Source: Chthonomonadales bacterium (lineage in GTDB: Bacteria > Armatimonadota > Chthonomonadetes > Chthonomonadales > Chthonomonadaceae). Taken from it: a stretch of 16,226 nucleotides of DNA. The stretch covers positions 1 to 16,226 of the forward strand of contig JBBQPO010000136.1 of the NCBI GenBank assembly GCA_038217285.1. The letters run 5' to 3'. Every line of letters starts with the position of its first letter. Position 1 is the first letter of the stretch. The position numbers and the translations under genes were made by a program. Of the stretch, positions 1-5,454 are shown piece after piece. The notes below the pieces were generated by a model, which made no database searches, had not been told where the DNA came from, and saw only the letters and a program-made list of their open reading frames with translations.

Positions 1-80
1 ATCTGGTTGAGCGGTCTCTCTTCCTTGAGGGCTTCGAGGACGGCTTTCGCTTTGAAATCGGGTGAATGTCGTTTTCTCAT
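1..80 (-). CDS. IS3-family transposase OrfA, N-terminal part (runs off the left edge)
   Basis: Manual translation from ATG at 80 gives MRKRHSPDFKAKAVLEALKEERPLNQ..., matching the typical IS3 OrfA HTH start (RkrhsaeFKakvaleal). It is not in the supplied ORF track because it is truncated. Confidence 0.85.
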   Translation of the reverse strand, partial: MRKRHSPDFKAKAVLEALKEERPLNQ

Positions 81-94
81 GGTGTCTTGAGTCT

Positions 95-122
95 AACTTA
101 TTTTTGCCCGTTTCCGTGTCTA
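95..122 (-). promoter_or_regulatory. Putative IS internal promoter driving orfA (TAGACA-16 bp-TAAGTT)
   Basis: Minus-strand hexamers at 122-117 and 100-95, partly inside the putative IR, the usual position of the IS3 pIRL promoter. Confidence 0.35.
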
Positions 123-141
123 GATTCCCCCGACCATTATA

Positions 142-223
142 CTTCTTGCAGGATGTCGCGGCGGATACGGTCGCCTATGTGCCAGTGCATCAGCGTCAGT
201 TCACGGTTGACGGCGCTAGCGAG
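142..223 (-). pseudogene. DUF1016/YhcG-like N-terminal domain fragment, interrupted by the IS3 element
   Basis: The tail of ORF 137..544 reads LASAVNRELTLMHWHIGDRIRRDILQE, resembling the YhcG N-terminal pattern AVNxELxxLYWxIGxxIxxxxLxxxRAxYG. It has no start of its own and ends at the IS boundary. Confidence 0.65.
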
Positions 224-596
224 GCATCTTCCAGCGGATAGTCGAAATGCGTAGGATCCATATCTTCGGGCACGTTGGCGCATTCCCATTCTACCGTCCG
301 GTACAGCGCTACATCCCGTGGAACAGGCTCCTCGTATCCCAACTCCGTCCGTATCCGTGAAGAGTCCAGCGACCACTGTTGTAATGTATCGAGCGAGTGT
401 TGGAGATAGGGCGGCAAGCGTTCGTTCGGTAAAGGAACGATTTCCCATGCCAGTCTGCCGCCTGACCGAGGCACCGTACCCAGGCGGATTCCGTGAGAAT
501 CTCCCGGTCTGCCACATGATACACACGATTGCCGACCGCGTCATTCAGAGAATAGGCGTTCATATCCACCACGACATCCGGCCGGAAACGCAGGAA
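196..596 (-). pseudogene. NAD-dependent epimerase/dehydratase remnant (5'-truncated, internally deleted, frameshifted)
   Basis: One frame gives RFRPDVVVDMNAYS/LNDAVGNRVYHVADREILTESAWVRCLGQAADWHG. After a 1-nt shift near 441-446 the second frame continues EIVPLPNERLPPYL...DSSRIRTELGYEEPVPRDVALYRTVEWE...FDYPLEDA. These are extended-SDR epimerase segments, but no GxxGxxG or central catalytic region is present. Confidence 0.7.
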
Positions 597-616
597 GAAA
601 TCCTCGGGGGAATAGG

Positions 617-740
617 GGATACGAACAGGAAGACATGAATAAAGGAAGGCAGGAAAACTGCAAAGGAAAATGCAGGGAGGCGATATGTTTCTCTTTCTCC
701 TCTCCTGTTTTCCTTATTTCCTGCCTTCCTGTTCGTATCC
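617..740. repeat. 124-bp element bounded by perfect 16-bp inverted repeats (REP/MITE-like)
   Basis: GGATACGAACAGGAAG (617-632) is the reverse complement of CTTCCTGTTCGTATCC (725-740). Also AGGAAGGCAGGAAA (643-656) pairs with TTTCCTGCCTTCCT (717-730). The left half is purine-rich and the right half pyrimidine-rich. Confidence 0.75.
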
Positions 741-750
741 TGGCTTTCTA

Positions 751-1242
751 CTAGGGGCGTGGGTAGTAGCGGGCGATCCAGGCGGCGGCGAAGCGGGCGT
801 TGACGAGACCCATGATAACTCCGAACGTTGCCATGCCGGCCCAGTTCGCGGGGACCATGACCAGCATCAGCAGCCCCATGAGCATTCCCAGCAGAGGATT
901 GCCGTGCAGCAGGCCGTTCAACAGGCCGCCGAGCAGCACGTTGCCGAAGGCGATGCCGATCCCGTAGAAGAGGGCGGCGGACCAGTTCACGCCGCGGGAG
1001 CGCCCGACGATCACCTGACAGAACCAGAGGAGCGCAAAGGCTATCGCCGCGCCCGGCACCAGCGGCCAGAGCGTCTCCCATTTCGCCGCCGCACCCAACT
1101 GCGTCAGCCGTTGTGCGAACACGCTGTTCAGCCCGAACAGCGCGTAGACCCCCATCAACACCGCCACGCTCACCACAGCGTTAATAACCATCATCGCCAG
1201 CAGACTGGCGCTGCCCGGTCGTATCCGTCGTGTTTCACTCAT
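751..1242 (-). CDS. Hypothetical integral membrane protein (163 aa, about 4-5 hydrophobic segments)
   Basis: Part of ORF 751..1290. The ATG at 1242 (MSETRR...) follows a G-rich SD-like GGGGG, whereas the upstream 16 codons largely translate a heptamer repeat. High GC3 and long hydrophobic stretches. Confidence 0.8.
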   Translation of the reverse strand: MSETRRIRPGSASLLAMMVINAVVSVAVLMGVYALFGLNSVFAQRLTQLGAAAKWETLWPLVPGAAIAFALLWFCQVIVGRSRGVNWSAALFYGIGIAFGNVLLGGLLNGLLHGNPLLGMLMGLLMLVMVPANWAGMATFGVIMGLVNARFAAAWIARYYPRP

Positions 1243-1261
1243 GCTCAGAACCCCCTGGGGA

Positions 1262-1289
1262 ATTTTCGATTTTCGATTTTCGATTTTCA
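1262..1289. repeat. Heptamer tandem repeat (ATTTTCG)x3 + ATTTTCA
   Basis: Read directly from the sequence between hemL and the membrane protein gene. Confidence 0.9.
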
Positions 1290-1349
1290 ATTGCCGATGG
1301 CTCGGGCAACGGAAGGCGTTTGGTTCGCTGGGCGGAGCGAATTCACTGT

Positions 1350-2654
1350 CTACGCTGTCAGGCGGACTTCGGCGAAGGCGGCGCGGGCGGCCTTCAGTAG
1401 CTCTTCGATGTCGTTGTCCGTCATGGCGACCGAGAGAAAGGCGGATTCGAACTGCGACGGCGGCCAGTAGATCCCGCGATCCAAGAGGCCACGGAACCAG
1501 ACTCCGAACCGCTGGGTGTCGGAGGTTTTCGCGCCGGTGTAGTCGGTCACGGCGGGCGTGTCGGTAAAGAAGACCGTGATCATCGAGCCTACCTGATTTA
1601 CGACAACGGGCACCTGAACGTTTCGCGCCGCCTCCCGCAGACCTTCCGCCAGTTTGGCTCCGATCGTTTCGAGACGGGTGTAGATACTCTGTTCGCTTTC
1701 GCGCAGCAGGGAGAGCATCGCCAGTCCGGCGGAGACCGCGACCGGGTTACCGGAGAGCGTTCCCGCCTGATAGACCGGCCCGACAGGGGCGACCGTATCC
1801 ATGATCGCCGCCGTGCCGCCGTACGCTCCGAGCGGTAAGCCGCCGCCGACGATCTTGCCGAGCGTCGTCATGTCGGGCGTGACCCCGAAACGCGCCTGCG
1901 CGCCGCCGTAGGCCAGCCGGAAGCCGGTCATCACCTCATCGAAGAGGAGAACCGTCCCGTGCGCCGTGGTCACTTCGCGCAGGGCTTCGAGGAAGCCGGG
2001 TGCGGGGGCGACGCATCCCATATTTCCGACGACCGGTTCGAGGATCACGCAGGCGATCTCGGTGGGAAAGGCGACAAAGATCGCGTGCAGCGCTTCGAGA
2101 TCGTTGTAGGGCAGGGTCAGGGTGTCGGCGGTGACGGCGGGCGGCACACCGGCGCACTCCGGCAGCCCGAGCGTCGCGATCCCGGAACCGGCTTTGGCGA
2201 GCAGAAAGTCCGCGTGGCCGTGATAGTTGCCCTCGAACTTCACGATCTTATTGCGCCCGGTCCAGCCGCGCGCCACCCGCACCGCGCTCATCGTGGCTTC
2301 CGTGCCGGAGGAGACGAGGCGCACCTTTTCGATGGACGGGACGGCGTTCTTGATCGCGGTCGCCAACTCGACCTCCAGGGCGGTCGGCGCGCCGAAGGTC
2401 GTGCCCTTGCTGAGCTGGCCCGTGATCGCCTCCACGATACGCGGATGGGCATGACCCAATATGAGCGGCCCCCAGGAGCCGATGCAGTCCAGATAGCGGT
2501 TGCCGTCGGCATCGTAGAGGAAAGCGCCCTCCCCCCGCTCGATGAAGAGGGGATTGCCCCCGACAGCCCGAAACGCCCGAACCGGCGAATTCACGCCGCC
2601 GGGGATGACCTCGACCGCCTCGCGAAAGAGGGCGAGGGATTTCTCATGGTTCAT
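1350..2654 (-). CDS. hemL: Glutamate-1-semialdehyde 2,1-aminomutase
   Basis: 434 aa with PGGVNSPVRAF, SGTEATMSAVRVARG, KFEGNYHGH, FDEVMTGFR, the PLP lysine in TTLGKIVGGGLP, YQAGTLSGNP and PPSQFES. Confidence 0.97.
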   Translation of the reverse strand: MNHEKSLALFREAVEVIPGGVNSPVRAFRAVGGNPLFIERGEGAFLYDADGNRYLDCIGSWGPLILGHAHPRIVEAITGQLSKGTTFGAPTALEVELATAIKNAVPSIEKVRLVSSGTEATMSAVRVARGWTGRNKIVKFEGNYHGHADFLLAKAGSGIATLGLPECAGVPPAVTADTLTLPYNDLEALHAIFVAFPTEIACVILEPVVGNMGCVAPAPGFLEALREVTTAHGTVLLFDEVMTGFRLAYGGAQARFGVTPDMTTLGKIVGGGLPLGAYGGTAAIMDTVAPVGPVYQAGTLSGNPVAVSAGLAMLSLLRESEQSIYTRLETIGAKLAEGLREAARNVQVPVVVNQVGSMITVFFTDTPAVTDYTGAKTSDTQRFGVWFRGLLDRGIYWPPSQFESAFLSVAMTDNDIEELLKAARAAFAEVRLTA

Positions 2655-2705
2655 GCTTGGGTAACTCTCCGTTAGGTTGGAATATTGGAATAGAAGACGC
2701 GTGGC

Positions 2706-2996
2706 TCAGACCACGCCGCGATTCGGGCGCGGACGCCATCCCGGCAGGCGATGCAGATTGATGGTGTCGGATTCGGTGGGGATGGAGCAGATCAGACAGC
2801 GCGGAAAGTGATCGGCGAGCCGACGGGCATCCGCCCACTGAGGCTCGAACCAGACACGCAACTCATGTTTGGCGATGATCTGCATGGACTGCTGCACGGG
2901 ATCCTGTCGGATGATCTGACCGGCCGGCGTGGTGGAGAGGCGGCGCGCGCCGCGCATACCGGGCCAATCGAAAAGCAGCCGGATCGGATCGGGCAT
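2706..2996 (-). CDS. Small hypothetical protein (96 aa), upstream of and co-oriented with hemL
   Basis: ATG start with GGAG 11 nt upstream (3011-3008), strongly G/C-ending codons in this frame, and a position that fills the gap between hemL and the promoter region. No family recognised. Confidence 0.65.
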   Translation of the reverse strand: MPDPIRLLFDWPGMRGARRLSTTPAGQIIRQDPVQQSMQIIAKHELRVWFEPQWADARRLADHFPRCLICSIPTESDTINLHRLPGWRPRPNRGVV

Positions 2997-3125
2997 CAGA
3001 GGTCGGTCTCCACGGAGTCTCCCCCGGTTTCTCCGTGAATCAGGCGTTTGGTAGGCGAAGGCTACAGATAGGTATGCACAGGTGTCTGCTGCCTTAGCGG
3101 TAGGGCCTTAAAAACGGCGCAACGG

Positions 3126-3198
3126 AAAAAAAAAGTTAAAAAAAGACAGGTCACACCCTGAAAAAGGGTTGACAGCAGACCCGCCACGCATGTAGAAT
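3126..3198 (+). promoter_or_regulatory. Sigma70-type promoter of the dcw operon with upstream A-tract (UP element)
   Basis: TTGACA (3169-3174), 18-bp spacer, TAGAAT (3193-3198), and A-tracts at 3126-3144. Confidence 0.8.
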
Positions 3199-3210
3199 GG
3201 TGGTATATCG

Positions 3211-3254
3211 GGGTAACTACAGGGAGACAACAGGGTAACTGAATGGAGACTGGT
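3211..3254 (+). promoter_or_regulatory. Direct-repeat array, putative MraZ operator (4 x 11 bp)
   Basis: GGGTAACTACA|GGGAGACAACA|GGGTAACTGAA|TGGAGACTGGT immediately downstream of the -10 box and upstream of mraZ, where MraZ boxes normally sit. Confidence 0.6.
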
Positions 3255-3313
3255 TATAAACCTGCTCCCAAACCCCTGCTCCTCAGTATCCGGAAAGTTT
3301 AACTTAAAGCCGA

Positions 3314-3838
3314 ATGGCGATCAGCTCCCGTGAAAATCGAATGTGGGGTCACTTTGAACATAGCCTGGACGATAAGGGCCGTGTCATCGTTCCCCAGAAA
3401 TTCCGTGATAAGCTCGGCGACGAGTTTGTACTCACGACTGGGCCGAGTCGTCATCTTCGCGCGTATCCCCTGCCGATCTGGGACGCGCTGGAAGAGCAGT
3501 TCGCCAGCACCGATCTCGACGACGAACTGAACGAAGACTCTACGTTTCTGCAGCGGATCTTCGGTAACTGCGAGTTCGTCAGTCCGGATCAACAAAACCG
3601 GCTCTCCATTCCGCGCCACATGCGTGACTGGGCCAACTTGCGCGAAAGTGAAACCGCCATCATTCTAGGCAGTGGAACCCGCCTGGAGTTCTGGAGTCGC
3701 GCGAACTGGGACTCTTATAGTACGGACTTCACCGCCGTAAATGCTGCAACAGCCGCCAGTCGGCGTAAAGCGGGAATCCGTTCCGCCGCTGCCGTGGACG
3801 TGGTGACCAGCGAACTCGTCCGTGGAGACGCGGGGTAA
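3314..3838 (+). CDS. mraZ: Division/cell wall cluster transcriptional repressor MraZ
   Basis: GHFEHSLDDKGRVIVPQKFR, a second repeat PDQQNRLSIP, and GSGTRLEFWS. First gene before rsmH. Alternative start ATG at 3341. Confidence 0.93.
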   Translation: MAISSRENRMWGHFEHSLDDKGRVIVPQKFRDKLGDEFVLTTGPSRHLRAYPLPIWDALEEQFASTDLDDELNEDSTFLQRIFGNCEFVSPDQQNRLSIPRHMRDWANLRESETAIILGSGTRLEFWSRANWDSYSTDFTAVNAATAASRRKAGIRSAAAVDVVTSELVRGDAG

Positions 3839-3911
3839 GCGCGTCCCAAAACAGTCTCAGGCGGTCGCCACCGTCGGAAAAAGGCCTTATGCGCATCGGA
3901 CGACGAACGCC

Positions 3912-4892
3912 ATGACGCCGGGAACCCGCGCCTATCATCTGCCCGTGCTGCTGCGGGAAACGCTCGACTATCTGGCGCCCCAGCCGGGCGAAACGATGCT
4001 CGATGCGACCCTCGGCGGAGGCGGACACAGTGAAGCGCTGGCGCAGCGACTGCGGCCCGGCGGAACGCTTATCGGCCTCGACCGCGATGCGGAGGCGCTG
4101 GCAACCGCAGGATCGCGACTGGAACCGTATCGCACCGACCTTGATATTATACTGATTTCCACTGGTTTTGGCAACATGGAAGCCGCGCTGCTTGCAGAAA
4201 CGGCGACGGCAACCCGCAAAATGGACGGAATTCTGTTCGATCTGGGGGTTTCGTCGCATCAGCTCGACACCGAACGCGGGTTCAGTTTTCGGCGCGATGA
4301 GCTGTTGGATATGCGTATGTGCCGCACCGGAACGGAGGCGACCGCCGCCGAACTGCTGGCGACCGCGAGCGAGACAGAACTGGCGCGCATCCTGTGGGAG
4401 TATGGCGAGGAGCGTTTCTCTCGGCGCATCGCCGCCGCCATCGTGGCGCAGCGAGAGCGCGGACAGCCGCTGCAGACCACCGCAGAGCTGGCGGCACTGG
4501 TGGAGCGAGCCGTGCCCCGCGCGGGCTGGCCGAAAGAGATTCATGTGGCGACCCGCACCTTCCAGGGCATCCGCATCGCCGTCAACGATGAACTGGGGCA
4601 GTTGGAAGCCGGCCTGTACGATGCCATCGACCGTTTGAGTCCGGGCGGACGCGTCGTGGTCCTCAGCTATCATTCGCTGGAGGACCGCATTACGAAGCGG
4701 ATTTTTGCAGAAGCCGCCGGTCGCACGCCGAACGCTCCGGGCTCCTCGCCCGCAGCCTGGCTGCCGAGCGCCCTGCAGAGCCCGAGGTTGACGCTGTTGA
4801 CTCGAAAGCCGATCCTGCCAGCGGAAACAGAGATCGGGCAGAACCCGAGGGCGCGCAGTGCCAAACTGCGCGCCGCCGTCCGCAACCCGTAA
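3912..4892 (+). CDS. rsmH: 16S rRNA (cytosine1402-N4)-methyltransferase RsmH (MraW)
   Basis: HLPVLLRE, DATLGGGGHS, FDLGVSSHQLD, RGFSF, LDMRM, YGEERFSRRIA, ATRTFQGIRIAVNDEL, SYHSLEDR and NPRARSAKLR. The ORF is open from GTG 3822; ATG 3912 was chosen as closest to the conserved HxPV start. Confidence 0.96.
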   Translation: MTPGTRAYHLPVLLRETLDYLAPQPGETMLDATLGGGGHSEALAQRLRPGGTLIGLDRDAEALATAGSRLEPYRTDLDIILISTGFGNMEAALLAETATATRKMDGILFDLGVSSHQLDTERGFSFRRDELLDMRMCRTGTEATAAELLATASETELARILWEYGEERFSRRIAAAIVAQRERGQPLQTTAELAALVERAVPRAGWPKEIHVATRTFQGIRIAVNDELGQLEAGLYDAIDRLSPGGRVVVLSYHSLEDRITKRIFAEAAGRTPNAPGSSPAAWLPSALQSPRLTLLTRKPILPAETEIGQNPRARSAKLRAAVRNP

Positions 4893-4910
4893 CGCCAGGG
4901 AGAGCGAGTC

Positions 4911-5360
4911 ATGTCCGCGACACAGCGATATAACCAGCCTACCGCATTTTCTACCGCTTCGTCTCCCCACCGTCCGCCCGTGCGGACGGGGACGGGAGCC
5001 GAACGAGGTCGGGAGACGGCACGTGGGGGCGTGCCTTCTCCCGGTCCGGCTCGTTCGGATCGTAAAGCCATCGCGCCGTCGCGTTCACGCGGCGAGACCA
5101 TGCAGTTGTCGTTGATGGTCTGCTGCGCCGTGTTCTGCACCGTCGCAGGCTTCGCCTATCTCTCCTGCTATGTAATGATGACCAACGAGGCGTATCGCCA
5201 ATCGAAACTCTCCGGCCTGGTCCGACAGGAGACGCAGAAGAGGCAGCACTGGAAACATCAGCAGGCGCTTGTCAACACGCCCGATAATATCGAGAATCAC
5301 GCGAAAAATTTGAATATGGTGCGCCCGGATGAAAAGTTGACGATCACAGTTCGCCAGTAA
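4911..5360 (+). CDS. ftsL: FtsL-like cell division protein (single TM, coiled coil)
   Basis: Located between rsmH and the PBP, SD AGGGAG upstream, one hydrophobic segment, a short helical region and the C-terminal PDNIENHAKNLNMVRP resembling FtsL/DivIC xIExxAxxLxMxxP. Confidence 0.7.
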   Translation: MSATQRYNQPTAFSTASSPHRPPVRTGTGAERGRETARGGVPSPGPARSDRKAIAPSRSRGETMQLSLMVCCAVFCTVAGFAYLSCYVMMTNEAYRQSKLSGLVRQETQKRQHWKHQQALVNTPDNIENHAKNLNMVRPDEKLTITVRQ

Positions 5361-5454
5361 GGGTCATCGTTCGGTTCAGGAACGTCGGAACTGTCAGGAG
5401 CGAGCGGGGGCGCCTCCTCCCATGACAGTCCCGGCCTCCGGGAGAGTGCAAGCT

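Larger units (their letters stand above)
1..141 (-). mobile_element. Left end of an IS3-family insertion sequence (partial), putative terminal IR at 116-141
   Basis: OrfA start at 80. The minus strand from 141 reads TATAATGGTCGGGGGAATCTAGACAC, an IS3-like terminal repeat, and resemblance to the flanking DUF1016-like frame stops exactly here. The other end is outside the window, so the IR cannot be confirmed by pairing. Confidence 0.7.

Noticed and set aside
137..544. 135-aa ORF as an intact gene
   Set aside because: Only the last ~27 codons look protein-like (DUF1016-like); the rest is an off-frame reading of the epimerase remnant, and its stop is supplied by the IS end.
670..1470. 266-aa plus-strand His/Gln-rich ORF
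   Set aside because: Its composition is the antisense mirror of the hydrophobic membrane protein, and it runs through two repeat tracts and the end of hemL.
2751..3038. 95-aa plus-strand ORF opposite the 96-aa gene
   Set aside because: The minus-strand ORF has the SD, the GC3 bias and co-orientation with hemL.
3211..3254. Direct repeats as a CRISPR array or iterons
   Set aside because: Units are only 11 bp with no spacers, and there are no cas or rep genes; the position fits an operator.
5396..5418. AGGAG...CTCCT hairpin between ftsL and ftsI
   Set aside because: Short imperfect stem without a U-tract, expected by chance at this GC content.
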